Below are positions 10,745 to 22,489 of a stretch of DNA of 64,000 bases, in pieces; within the stretch, counting starts at the first letter, position 1; every line of letters starts with the position of its first letter. The position numbers and the translations under genes are program-made. This stretch comes from Eledone cirrhosa (lineage: Eukaryota): contig OZ024740.1 in NCBI GenBank assembly GCA_964016885.1, positions 394,506,001 through 394,570,000 on the forward strand. Direction: 5' to 3'. The notes under the pieces were generated by a model. It had not been told where the DNA came from. It saw only the letters and a program-made list of their open reading frames with translations, and made no database searches.

Positions 10745-12450
10745 TTACCTTACTTCTCGTAGGGGAAGGACGGCTTTTCCATCCTTTTCACTGCTTGTGG
10801 CCTCCTCAGGAAGGATGTCCTTATAAATCCTCCTGGAGAGTGCTTGTCGGAGGTCTCCGATGTCTTTGGGGAATTTTTGTTTTAGTGTCATGTACGTTTT
10901 CTGTGTGATGCGAGTGATTTGTATGTGTGGAGGTGGTGTGAATTTTGGGGTTGTTGTGTAGTCTTTTTCTGTGATGCTGGTGTTGTGTTGGATGTAGTGT
11001 AATAATTGCTTGTTGTTCAAATTTAATGCTGTGTAGTGTGTATCGTTTTGGTTGTTTTGTTTTGTTTGCGTTTGTTGTGGGTTTGTTTCTGTTTCGCTTT
11101 TTGGTGACTTTTGTGGTGTAGGTGATGGTGTTGCTGGGGATGATGATGGTGATGGTGTTGGTGTTTGGGTTGATGGGGTTGGTGATGCTGGTGTGGATGG
11201 TGGCATATCTGTCCTAACTTTTTTGTTTCTTAGTTTATTTGTTTCCCTCTGTATTTTGTTTTTGGAGGGGGAAGGAAGAGAATTTTTTCTTTTTTGGTTT
11301 CTTTTTTTTTTTCCGGATATCGTTTCCCACTCCTCGTCGTCACAATCTGTCTCCAGTTGTGATAGGCCGGGGAGTGGAAAATCCTCCACAGCCGTTAGTT
11401 TTGGTTGTGGTGTGGTGGATGGTGTAGGCGCTGGTGCTAGTTCTGAAGCGTTGGGTGGTGGTGGTGTTGGTTTTGCTGGTGGTGGTAGTGGTGTTGGTTT
11501 TGCTACTGTTGCTGGGGTTGTTGCTGTTATAGTTGCTTCTGTTGTTGCTGCTACAGTTGTTGCTGCCATCTCTGCTACTGGTGGTGTTGATGGTTTTGTC
11601 ACTGGGGTGGGTAGGAGAGGTGGCCTCAACCTTTTAGCCTGAGGGCAGAAAGCCCTTAGGTGGGTTCCTTCACCACAAACGACACACCTAGGTCTTCTGC
11701 CCTCGACAATTACCGTGAGGTGGCTGCCGTCAGTGAGGTCTATTACCTCTGGGATCTCCTCAATGCTTTTTTGGTCCGCTTGGATCAGGAGCTCCATCCC
11801 AGATCCGGACCAGTTTTCCTGCTTTTCTTTTGCTACTGCTATTATTTTCGTGTTGGCCTCGATGCCGGTGAGGACAGCCGCTATTAGCCAGGGAATTTCG
11901 ATGGCCGGTGGAACGTGGGTCACCCTGATCTTTACGAGTCTCTGGCCACAATAGCTTGGGACGAGTGTGAGGTCGTCACTTTTTAATGGGGCCATGGAGT
12001 GTTCTCTAGCCTCCTCTGGTGTTTCAAAGAACACATCCACGGTTCCATACTTTTGCCCACGTCTGATGTGGGTTTTTCTTGCCCACACATGTCCCAAAGC
12101 TTTTTGGATTTGGGACTCGGATGCCCGTTCCACTCGGCGCGATTTTACATTTATTGTTCTATACGACACGGTGCACAGGCGCCGATGCTCCATTTTATTA
12201 GGTGGGGGGTGAGGCTGACCCTGTACCCATCTTTCTTTACCATTTGTTTGGCATTTTCTAAATCTTCTTGGGTTACCGTGAACGCTTCGAATTGTTTTGC
12301 TACTATGGCGAAACTGAGGGTCGGTTTTATAATGTCATTGTTGTTGTTGTTGCTATCTTTATTTGTGTTAATATTAATTTTAGTTTCAGTTGTGGTGGTG
12401 GTGACGTCAGTCGTCTTTGGTGCGGAAAAGTCCATTTTGCTTGATTTCAT
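10745..12450 (-). pseudogene. Tx1 ORF1 with a 1-nt frameshift near 12205
   Basis: ORFs 12151..12450 and 10745..12193 together equal ORF 4785..6491. Confidence 0.85.
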
Positions 12451-12946
12451 TTCGACATCACGAGTTAATTTATTTTTTTCTTCTTTTGTTTCTGTTGTCG
12501 TGGTGGTGGTGGGGTGGGGGTTGTCGCGGTGGTGGTGGTGGTGGAGGCTTTAACACCTGCAGTCATTGGTAATGGCGGGAAATGAATGTCTGCCTGAGAC
12601 AAATTTAAAATATTGCTACTGCTTATATTTTTTTTTGTGTTGGCAAACGTAGTAACATTTACAATGGTGGTGTCGGTGTGAGGTGTTATTTTGTGAGGAA
12701 GGCTTTCAGCTGCTTCGTGCAGAGGGGAATTAGCCATTTTTTTTCAAAGAAATTTTTGGATAATAATAAAAGTTAAAATTTTGGGCACAAGGCCCCAATC
12801 TTTTTGGGTGTCCTTTTCGGAAAACAATGTATGTGTGCTTATAAACAGTTTACAATAAAATTTTCCATAAATGGCAATTTTTAAACAAACGGAAATAACA
12901 AACCTTTGCGGAGCTCACGATAATACGATTTCCTACGTAGGTCGCC

Positions 12947-12985
<39 letters not shown>
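12947..12985. repeat. (AAT)n spacer
   Basis: Direct reading. Confidence 0.98.
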
Positions 12986-12987
<2 letters not shown>

Positions 12988-13247
12988 TTTCTTTATTAAC
13001 CACAAGGGTTTACATAAAGTAGACATTAAGGACAGTGCAGGACAAAGCAGGACGGTACAAATGGGAATTTCTGCGTGTAAAAAAACAAAAACAGAGGATG
13101 TAACAAAAATAACAATGAAAATAACAATGAAAAATTCCCCAATAGGGGGGAGACTTCGGAGGGACATTTGTGGAGAAAGCCCAGTAAAAAGCCACAATGA
13201 CCCTGACCACCAAGGCAAGTGCCCTCTCCCAGTTTTCCACCTTTAGT

Positions 13248-16200
13248 TTACAGATATATACTCAGAGTCGGCCCATTCACTCGGGCCATTCTTGCTTCTC
13301 TCACCCATCTTTCAACAAAATGCTGGGAAGAGAGCACTTCCTTCTCTACTCTGATTTTCCTTTTCAAATGAAATTTGAAAAAGTCAATCAGAGCATCACC
13401 GAAGAGGTAAGTGCTCGTCTTCAGCCCTTTCAAACGTGTCCACCATACTATCTCTTTCGCCATGGCCACCAGACAGATAAAAACTGCCTGCCCTTCCCGG
13501 CTAAAGGAGGAGGGCGGGGCAATCCTCACGATAGACTCAGATGATAGCTGGATCCGTCCTAAACGCGACAGCAGGTGTTCGACATAAACCCACAAGTCAG
13601 CAATTTTCGGACACTGGACGAGTGCGTGCAGGACGGTTTCGTCGCCCTGCGCGCATCTCGGACATGCCCGGCTGACGGCACCTCCATGCCTGTAGAGTTT
13701 ATCCCGAACTGGCAAGGCTCCTCGGTAGCACTGCCAGGCCAGAGATTTCTGGAAGTTGTCCATAGGCCCTGGCCCGAAAGTTCTTCCGAAGAGATTGGCT
13801 AGTTGATTTTCGTCGACGCCTAGAGTTTCCCCAAGTACGTCGTCGCTCTTCCCCTCCACTAATCCTCTATAGAACGCCGAGGTGGAGTTTCCACCGATCA
13901 CATTGCCCGATTGGTCGAGGGCTGTGAGCGCCTGAAGACATTCCAGTCTCCAGGCGCTCCCTCTCGGTCTTCGCTTGACCCAGGACTGCAGCTCCGTCAA
14001 GGAAACGAGCTGGGGAAAAACGCGTCTAGCAAACGGCGACCACACCTGATCACCGTCGAGGAAGAGGTGGAGATGTCGTAGCCTGAGCGCGTGCCTGCGC
14101 ATCATCAGCCACGGCATGCCCAGCCCTCCACGTAGCGGGTGTTGACAACAGATGGACCGCCTGACCATCGGAGCACGTCCCTTCCACAAAAAGCGAAAGA
14201 GCAAACGCTCCAGCGCAGTCAGGCGAGGCTTAGGACAAGGTACGACGGTTAGGCGGTAGCAGATGACAGACGCGATGTACGCGTTAGCCACCTCCGCTCG
14301 ACCTTTCAGGGATAGCTTCCTCTCCGCCCATTTCTGGGTGAGAGAAGCCACCCTGCTCGTCACCTCGTCCCAGTTTTTGTCCGTCTGGAGGTCCGGACCG
14401 AACCAGACCCCTAGCAATTTAACCGGTCCGTCCGTCCAGCGCCCGACGACGCTGTTGGACGGCATGGACCTGCCTCTCCAGGTGCCGAGCTGCAGGCCCA
14501 CTGACTTTTCCTGGTTGATCATTGCTCCTGTCACCGCTTCGTATTCTCTTAGTGTAGTGCCGATCGCCTCGATGTGTTTGGCGTTCGACACCACTACGGT
14601 GACATCGTCCGCATATGCTGACACGGATCTTCCGCATCCTAGTTCGCGCGGGACTCCCCTCAACGTCTCCAGTTTGTGCAGTAATGGCTCGAGAGTCAAT
14701 ACGTACAAGAGGGACGAGAGGGGACATCCTTGGCGGACCGAGCGCATGATGTTGAACGGTTCCGACAGGTGACCGTTCACTCTCACTACAGAGCAGATGT
14801 CGCTGTGCATGGAAGCGATCCAGCCTCTGAAGACGGGCCCAAAGCCAGCCGCCCTCAGGACTGCCGCTAGGTAACGATGGTCGACCCTATCGAAAGCTTT
14901 CGACTGATCTAAATTGATCAAGGACCCACCCGTGCCAGGTTCCCTAGCTACCCTCTCTACGATGTATCGCATGAGGTGGAGGTTGTCGTGGATGGATCTG
15001 TCGGGAATGGCGCATGTTTGCGCCTCTCCCACCAGACCACCAACGACAAGCGCCAACCTCTTTGCTAGCACCTTGGCCAAAATCTTAAACTCTGTGTTTA
15101 GCAGAGTTATGGGCCGGAAATTGTCTATGTTATCCCCCTTGTTCGGATCCTTTCTCAGCAGTGCCACTGCTCCTCGGCTCACAGAACTGGGAATTCTCCC
15201 GTTCTGTTGCCAGTTGCAGTAGACGTCCGCCAAGAGGCCTCCGAACAAGTCTGGCATCTGTACGTAAAGTTCATAGGGCAGACCATCCAAACCAGGCGAT
15301 TTACCCCTTGTGCAGCCAGTCATTGCCTCCCGTACTTCAGCGGCTGTTATCGGCTTTTCGCAACACTTCGCCTCAGTGGCCGAGAGCCGCGGCAGTCCGT
15401 CGAGGTAGACACTAAAGTCCATCCCTCTACCCGGCCCCCCGCTGCCCCCGAACAGCTGAGCGAAGTGTCGCTGAAAAGCTTCACACATTTGCCCGGGATC
15501 GAGTAGCATGCGCCCGTCGTGGTCCACCAAAGACCGGATCGTGGCTTTGTTGCCACGACGCGCCTCCGCCACTCGGGCCCATTGAACGGCTTTCGTCCCC
15601 TCGTGTCTGAGAGCACGCACCCTAGCTCTGACAACGCAGCCTTCGTGCTTTGCATTGAAGAATTGGTCAAGGGCCAATTTCGCCGCAAGCACGTCGGTCG
15701 CAATGCCTTTGCTAAGCGCCTCGTCTAATTTTCTAACTAGTTCTCCCTCTGCTCTATTTTTCTCTATTGCTAAAGCCTTACTAAACCTAATCGATTCTAT
15801 TCTAATCGCTCTTTTCAGAGCAAACCACCACTTGTTGACGATGGCCCCCGTCAACGCCCGCTTAACTAGTTCGCTAATCCGGTCTCTGTAGGCCTTGCGC
15901 GCTGGTAAGGACGCGTTTAGCTTCCAGTAGCCGGGTCCTCGTCTATGAAGCCTATCTAAGTCAAGCACACAGGTCACGAATTTGTGGTCCGTGTAGCTGA
16001 CTATCTTGAATTGTGGACAGCCTATGCTAGACCTATCTATTTCCCTACAAAATACTCTATCTAGATATGATCTGGATGACCCTATGCGGTTTGTCCAAGT
16101 CCACATTGGCACATTCGGGAAATCCAATCGGTACCTGTCAGACAGTTCAAAACGCCTGAGCAGGTTGGTGAGGCTCTTGCACCCTCCACCCCTATCCGCT

Positions 16201-16664
16201 AATCCCACACAGTCCCAGCGTGCATCTAAGATCCCGTTCCAGTCGCCCACTAACACTAAAGAGCGGGACGTTCCAAGAAAGGTCTCCAGACGCCGGAAGA
16301 AATCAGGCCGCCCTGCTCCTGTCGGGGCATAGACGGCCACTAGCCTGAAAGCTTGCCCGTCTCCGCTGGTCACGTCCAGCACCACCAGCTTACCCTCTGG
16401 GTCCAGGAAGATGGCCCGTATGGCGAGATCCAAACCTCTCCGAAAAAGCACAGCAACTCCTCCACCCGATCCAGGACGGCTGGGAGATGCGTACACATCG
16501 TAGCCGCCGAAGATTGGTGCGAAGGCCCGTGCTTCGGAGATTCTGGTCTCGCTGATGGCCACTACATCTATGTTTAGTGACCTGAGGTCGTTGAGCAGGT
16601 GACCCTGCTTCCATGACGACCCCAAGCCACGCGCATTTATGCTGCCTATTCTGAGTGAGGTCAT
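13248..16664 (-). CDS. Tx1 ORF2 (APE-RT-CCHC), 1138 aa, open
   Basis: Same motifs as 7291..10710. Confidence 0.95.
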   Translation of the reverse strand: MTSLRIGSINARGLGSSWKQGHLLNDLRSLNIDVVAISETRISEARAFAPIFGGYDVYASPSRPGSGGGVAVLFRRGLDLAIRAIFLDPEGKLVVLDVTSGDGQAFRLVAVYAPTGAGRPDFFRRLETFLGTSRSLVLVGDWNGILDARWDCVGLADRGGGCKSLTNLLRRFELSDRYRLDFPNVPMWTWTNRIGSSRSYLDRVFCREIDRSSIGCPQFKIVSYTDHKFVTCVLDLDRLHRRGPGYWKLNASLPARKAYRDRISELVKRALTGAIVNKWWFALKRAIRIESIRFSKALAIEKNRAEGELVRKLDEALSKGIATDVLAAKLALDQFFNAKHEGCVVRARVRALRHEGTKAVQWARVAEARRGNKATIRSLVDHDGRMLLDPGQMCEAFQRHFAQLFGGSGGPGRGMDFSVYLDGLPRLSATEAKCCEKPITAAEVREAMTGCTRGKSPGLDGLPYELYVQMPDLFGGLLADVYCNWQQNGRIPSSVSRGAVALLRKDPNKGDNIDNFRPITLLNTEFKILAKVLAKRLALVVGGLVGEAQTCAIPDRSIHDNLHLMRYIVERVAREPGTGGSLINLDQSKAFDRVDHRYLAAVLRAAGFGPVFRGWIASMHSDICSVVRVNGHLSEPFNIMRSVRQGCPLSSLLYVLTLEPLLHKLETLRGVPRELGCGRSVSAYADDVTVVVSNAKHIEAIGTTLREYEAVTGAMINQEKSVGLQLGTWRGRSMPSNSVVGRWTDGPVKLLGVWFGPDLQTDKNWDEVTSRVASLTQKWAERKLSLKGRAEVANAYIASVICYRLTVVPCPKPRLTALERLLFRFLWKGRAPMVRRSICCQHPLRGGLGMPWLMMRRHALRLRHLHLFLDGDQVWSPFARRVFPQLVSLTELQSWVKRRPRGSAWRLECLQALTALDQSGNVIGGNSTSAFYRGLVEGKSDDVLGETLGVDENQLANLFGRTFGPGPMDNFQKSLAWQCYRGALPVRDKLYRHGGAVSRACPRCAQGDETVLHALVQCPKIADLWVYVEHLLSRLGRIQLSSESIVRIAPPSSFSREGQAVFICLVAMAKEIVWWTRLKGLKTSTYLFGDALIDFFKFHLKRKIRVEKEVLSSQHFVERWVREARMARVNGPTLSIYL

Positions 16665-16699
16665 GTTTAAAATAGAGTGGAAAAGATGGGAAAGACCAC

Positions 16700-18829
16700 T
16701 TACCGTACTTTTGGTAGAGGAGGGATGGTTTTTACATCCCTTTTCACTTGATCGTCTGGTGAAGGGACCGTTGAATCGTCCCTTCGGCTGGTCGTCGGCT
16801 CTTCTAAGAGAATGTCTGAATATACTCTTCGATTGATGGTTCCTCCTAGGTCCCTGAAATCACCAACTGCGTTGGGGAATTTCGTTTTAATGTTTGTGTA
16901 TTGTTTCTGTGCTATTTTTAGCAGTCTTATGTTAGTTGGCGTTTTGATTGGTGCTGGTATTATGTAGTCCTGTTGTGAAATGTCTGTGTGTTCAATTATG
17001 TAAGTCATTAGTTTCTTGTTGTGTGTGTTTATTGCCGTGCATTTGTTTTTCTGGGGGTGGGGTGTGGTTCTGCTATTTTCTTGTCGTTGTTGCTGGGTGT
17101 GTGTGTTTTGTTGTTGTGTTTGCGATGTTGGTGCTTGTGGTGGTGGTGTTGAAGGTGTTGTTGGCGGTGGGGTTGTCGCCGGTGGTGATGGTGGTGCTGG
17201 TGTGGGTGGTGATGGTGTTGGTGGTGTTGCTGCTGTGGGTCTCTTTGCAGTAGACTTTACCCTTTTCTCATTTCTTTCCTCCCTTTTCAAAGGCGACGAT
17301 GCGCTGCTTCTGCGTTTGTGCCTTCTTGCGACCTTTTGCCATCCCTCTCCCACCTCACACTCCATGTCTGATTCTGTAAGGTCGGGGAGGGGTACCAGCT
17401 CCACTCTTTCACTTGTTGTTGTTGGTGATGTTTGCACTGGAGTCTCTGTTGCAGCTGCATTTGGTATTGCTGTTGTTGTTGTTAATATTTCCACTGCTGC
17501 TGCTGTCTTTGATTTCCGTGGAGTGGGTATGGGTTCCACGGACCTATCGTTCCTGGTTGCCGCTTGTCCTGTTGCTGGTAGCCGTGGAGCCGGATTCGGA
17601 AGGAGGGGGGTTTTCTCCTTTCTCAGGGTCTTCTCGTTGCAGAAGGCCCTGAGGTGAGTCTTCGATCCACAGCGAAAGCATTTCGAGCGTTTGCCCTCAA
17701 CACTTATGGGCAGTTGAGTGCCGTTATCGAAGTCTATCACATCCGGGATAGCTTCGATGCACTCCTGGTTGGTTTGGATTAGCATCTCAATGGAGGAGCC
17801 GACCCAATCTTCTCTTACTTTTTTCTGTACTTGCAGTACAGTTGTTTTGTCCTCGATTCCGATTAGGACAGACGCGGCCAGCCAAGAAGGGGTCATTCCG
17901 GGGGGGACGTGGGTCAGTTTGACCCTCACAATTTTTTGCCCGCAGTAGGAGGGCACCAACACCATTTCCTCGCTCCTTAGGGTCACTACTGATTGGGCCT
18001 TTGCCTCCTGGGGTGTGGCAAAAAGTACGTCTACGGTGGCATATTTTTTGCCTCGGGTGATGTGCGTTTTCCGCTGCCACACAGACCCCAAGGCTTTTTG
18101 TATTTGGGCCTCTGTGGCTCTTTCCACCCTACGGGATTTTGTACTTACTGTACGGTACGTGACCGTACAGTGCTCTTGGGTTTTGAAAAATTTTTCCGCT
18201 GCCTTGCAGATTGCTCGGTGTCCGTTCTTTGTCACCATCTTCTTCGCTTCCTCTAATTCCTCATTTGTTATGAGGATTGTTTCCAAGTTTTTCGCAATAC
18301 CTGCAAATGAGATTGGTTTTTCTCTGCTGTTGTTGTTGTCGTCAGAGCTGCTGGTACTTTTGTTGTTGCTGCAGGTACTACGACTACTGCCTCCGCCGCT
18401 GTTGCTGTGGTTGTTGTTGGTGTTGCTGCTGCTAATGCTGTTGTTGTTTATGCTGCTGGTGATGCTGTTGCGGCTGCTACTGTTGTTTTCATTGTCACTG
18501 TTGCTGTTGTTATTACGGCTGCTACTGCTATTATTCCTGACGTCAGACGAATGAACTGGGTTTTCGTATTTCCCGCACACCTGTTTCGTCGCTGTCGTCG
18601 TCGTCGTGGAGAAACCTTGCACGCTTTGCACGAGACTTTTCTTTTCTTTCGTCGCTTGCGAAAGAGAAGGGAGGGAGAGAGACACATTTAAAGAAGGGAG
18701 GGAGAGAGACAATCTTCTCTCTGCTGTAGTGATGATTGAGGAAGAAGAAGACGGAATGAGTGGGAGTGACGTATGAAATTTCTTTTTCGTAGCCATGTTT
18801 TTTTGTTTAAAATGAAATTTTGGGTACAA
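16700..18829 (-). CDS. Tx1 ORF1 variant, up to 709 aa (start may be the MATKK ATG about 30 nt inside)
   Basis: Knuckle CFRCGSKTHLRAFC; Ser/Asn-rich N-terminus; core alignable to ORF 4785..6491. Confidence 0.85.
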   Translation of the reverse strand: MYPKFHFKQKNMATKKKFHTSLPLIPSSSSSIITTAERRLSLSLPSLNVSLSLPSLSQATKEKKSLVQSVQGFSTTTTTATKQVCGKYENPVHSSDVRNNSSSSRNNNSNSDNENNSSSRNSITSSINNNSISSSNTNNNHSNSGGGSSRSTCSNNKSTSSSDDNNNSREKPISFAGIAKNLETILITNEELEEAKKMVTKNGHRAICKAAEKFFKTQEHCTVTYRTVSTKSRRVERATEAQIQKALGSVWQRKTHITRGKKYATVDVLFATPQEAKAQSVVTLRSEEMVLVPSYCGQKIVRVKLTHVPPGMTPSWLAASVLIGIEDKTTVLQVQKKVREDWVGSSIEMLIQTNQECIEAIPDVIDFDNGTQLPISVEGKRSKCFRCGSKTHLRAFCNEKTLRKEKTPLLPNPAPRLPATGQAATRNDRSVEPIPTPRKSKTAAAVEILTTTTAIPNAAATETPVQTSPTTTSERVELVPLPDLTESDMECEVGEGWQKVARRHKRRSSASSPLKREERNEKRVKSTAKRPTAATPPTPSPPTPAPPSPPATTPPPTTPSTPPPQAPTSQTQQQNTHTQQQRQENSRTTPHPQKNKCTAINTHNKKLMTYIIEHTDISQQDYIIPAPIKTPTNIRLLKIAQKQYTNIKTKFPNAVGDFRDLGGTINRRVYSDILLEEPTTSRRDDSTVPSPDDQVKRDVKTIPPLPKVR

Positions 18830-19030
18830 AACCCCAATAACTGGTTATTTAACCCCGAAGGGCCAAATAACGGACAGAAAGACCCCTCTCACGAGGAGGA
18901 GGGTGTCTTTATCAACAATTTGGTTCAAGTTTTAAACAATTTACAATTGTTTTAACGGTTAAAAATTACTATACCTTACAGAGCCGAGCCTCCGTCAACC
19001 ATGGCATTCAATAATAATAATAATAATAAT

Positions 19031-21480
19031 GGGAAAATATAACAGTTGAACAGTTGGGCTTGGCTCTAAGAAAAACCAGCAAATGGAAATCCCCAGGAAA
19101 AGACAAAATACAAAACTTTTGGATAAATGCCTTCACAGAGTCTCATGAGCTGTTAGACAACTTTACAATGAAATAGTTAAGGAGCCAGAAAAGATACCAT
19201 CATGGCTAGTTAACGGCATTACATTCCTGCTTCCGAAGAATGATGAGACAAACAATCCCCAAAAATTACAGACCGATAACTTGCTTGACCACAATGTATA
19301 ACATTTTAACATCAGTCCTAACTGAATACACATATGACCACCTGATAACAAATGACCTATTTCCCATTGAGCAGAAAGGGTGTAAACGAGGCTCATATGG
19401 CTGTAAGGATCAGCTTCTGGTTAACAAAATGATACTGGAAGATTGTCATAATAGACACAAAAATCTATCGATTGTTTGGATAGATTATAAAAAAGCATTC
19501 GACAGTTTGCCACACAGCTGGATTGAAAAATGTTTAGAGATTTTCAAAATATCCCCCGTTGTCAGGAGGTTTTTGTCATTCAGTATGAAGACATGGAAAA
19601 CGACACTCCTTTTGAATAGTGAAACAAAATCACTGGAAGCTGGAGAAGTTAATGTTAATTGTGGAATTTTTCAGGGTGACTCTTTATCACCGCTTTTATT
19701 CTGCATCGCACTTATACCATTAAGTAAAATGCTCAATGAAACAAAACATGGATATAAAGTCTATGACAAAACCATTAATCACCTGTTCTACATGGATGAC
19801 CTGAAACTATTTGCAAAAAATGATGAACAATTGCAAGGGCTATTATCCACTGTGGAGCAGTTCAGTGATGACATTAAAATGGAGTTTGGACTAGATAAAT
19901 GCGCCAAAGCAACGTTCACCAGAGGAAAGCTGCTGAAGAGTTCAGACATTAATCTTGATCGGGGGAACGTGATAAGAGAACTTGATCAAGAAAAAACTTA
20001 CAAATATCTAGGTGTTTGTGAAGGAGACGGAATCAAGCACTCGACAATGAGGGAAAGGATAAGGAAGGAATGTTACCGCAGAGTAAGAGCAATCTTAAGA
20101 ACGGAATTGAATGCAAGGAATAGGATCGATGCCATAAACACGCTTGCCATACCAGTAGTAACCTACAGTTACAATGTCATCAACTGGTCAAGCACAGAGA
20201 TCCGTAGGCTCGATACAAAAATTCGAAAATTCTTAACCATGCACAGAATACATCACCCTAAGGCAGATATAGATAGAATATATCTCCCTAGGAAAGAAGG
20301 AGGACGTGGGTTAATCCAGTTAGACATTGCGTTGAAAACTGCAACAATTGGATTATCTACATATCTAAGGGAATCACATGATTGGATGATCAAACTCGTT
20401 TTGAAACACGAAAGCATCAAAAGATCATATTCCATTACAAAAGATGCACAAATATACAGTAATGGACTACAAATTTCAGAAGTCCCATTTACTGCTGAAA
20501 TGGAAAACACAGAAAAAGCAAAGCAGGTAAAAGTAACTGCAAAGAAAGAACTGCTACAGAAACTGGCTAAGAAATGGCAAGAAAAGCCTCTGTATGGAAA
20601 ATACCCAGAGCGAGCTAACAATCCTGATGTTGACAAAACTTTAACCCATCAGTGGTTGGCATCCTCTGGACTGAAATCGGAGACTGAAGGACTGATTATA
20701 TCAGCACAAGATCAGTGTCTGCCAACAAAAAATTACCAAGCCAACATAATAAAAAATGGATGCAGCCCATTATGCCGTGTATGCAAAAAACAACCAGAGA
20801 CCATTGACCATATAATTTCAATGTGCAGTCCTATAGCTCCAACCGAATACCTAAACAGGCATGACAGAGCTGCACAATACATACATTGGATAATGTGTAA
20901 GCATTTTGACCTGCCCCATCAAAAGAATTGGTGGGAGCATCAACCACCTCCCATACTTGAAAAAGATCACATCTCAATCTTGTGGAACTTTAGCATCCAA
21001 ACAGCGAAAAATAGATGCAAATAGACCTGATATAATATTGAAGGACTTTAAAAAGAGGGTATGCCTGCTAATTGATATGTCTGTTCCAATAGACAAGAAT
21101 GTATCTATAAAAACATTTGAAAAATTGAGCAAGTATAAGGACCTGGAGATAGAAATTGGAAAAATGTGGAAATTGAGAACTAAAACAATACCAGTGGTTG
21201 TAGGCGCTCTGGGAATGATACCTAAGGGGTCTAATGATTACTTATCGCAAATCCCAGGAAACCCGCGTATAGGAGAAATACAAAAGATAGTACTAATGGG
21301 AACTGCCCATATACTAAGGAAGATTCTGTCAATATAAGTACATCACAAGTCTAAACACTAAAGATGCATGTGTGAGTATGTATGTTCTTTCTTGAACATG
21401 GTGGACCTTGTTGTCTCTTGAGGTCACTGGTTGTGACTTGGTGATAACTCGTATGAACATAAAGCAAGATAAATGCAACT

Positions 21481-21568
<88 letters not shown>
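19031..21568 (+). mobile_element. R4/Dong-type element, family B, 5'-truncated and frameshifted, (TAA)n tail 21482-21568
   Basis: KWKSPG, YRPITCL, QGDSLSP, YMDDLK, CRVC..HIISMC, RPD..D; ORFs 19240..21024 and 20906..21337. Confidence 0.92.
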
Positions 21569-21569
<1 letters not shown>

Positions 21570-21738
21570 CCTTCACGCTTTTTGGAACGCTTCAAAAGGC
21601 ATGCTTGCTGGGAACAGCAAGAACCCTCCGATACGTCTTGAATATCTGAGGCTGCAGGTAGTGGCTTGATATTCATTCCAACGGACTTTCCAGTTAACCA
21701 ACATCAATGACTGAGATTCAAGGAATAACAACAATAAT

Positions 21739-21781
<43 letters not shown>

Positions 21782-21795
21782 GTAATAATAATAAT
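21569..21795 (+). mobile_element. Very short 3' stub of R4 family A with (TAA)n tail
   Basis: Matches 27295-27450. Confidence 0.9.
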
Positions 21796-21796
21796 A

Positions 21797-22489
21797 TGTG
21801 TTTTTCAGTCGGTGCTTCGTGGGAAGTCGTATGTATTATAACGGCTTTCTACTGAGAGATTAAAAAGAAAGACGGAGAGAGCGCAAGTGAGGAAAAATAG
21901 AGAGAGAAAGAGACGGACTGTGTGAATGAGTGAGTAACAAAAACAACACTATACTCTACAAGATATTTATGTATAGTATATAAGAATTTCTTTGTAGTTA
22001 TATATATTCAATATAGAACATTTTTATAGTAATTTACTAACATACACACATTTTTTTTTTTTTTGGAGAGAGTTATTTTTATTTTCTATATCTACATATC
22101 TTAAGCTAATTTAACTAAATTTAAATATCTCTTTTATTATTTTATTATTATTATTATTATTATTTTGTTTTTTCGTTAGTTCGCCACCGAACTGAATCAA
22201 CGCAAATACAACTTGAACTCGAATCAGCTGGATTGAATTTTTAATTTTGAACTTGAAAGAGAAAGAAATTTAAAAACATTAAAAAAAAATAAAAGAAAGG
22301 AAGAAAGAATTATTGGAAGAATTTTTTTCTTATTTACATTCATATCATCTGATTCACTCTCGGATCGAACCTGTGTCTACAACAACACTTGGAACTATAT
22401 TTATCTTAATTACTTGGATAACTTGCTGAGTACCTATTTTTTTCACTGATCACTTTAAAAGAATTCTCATGTAAAACATTCTACACACA
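21797..22489. other. Unclassified 693-bp segment with TGTGT...ACACA termini, possible solo LTR
   Basis: TG..CA ends and TATA-like GTATATAAG near 21976; no target-site duplication seen. Confidence 0.3.

Larger units (their letters stand above)
7047..12946 (-). mobile_element. Tx1/L1-clade LINE, copy 2, full length (5.9 kb)
   Basis: Same termini as copy 1; (AAT)n on both sides. Confidence 0.94.
12986..19009 (-). mobile_element. Tx1/L1-clade LINE, copy 3, full length, both ORFs open, different 5' UTR/ORF1 module
   Basis: ORF2 nearly identical to copy 2; ORF1 only moderately similar; 5' end GAATGCCATGGTTGACGG abuts (TTA)n at 19010-19030. Confidence 0.93.

Noticed and set aside
2149-18691. Short + strand ORFs opposite the Tx1 ORFs
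   Set aside because: Antisense shadows, repeated only because the element is repeated
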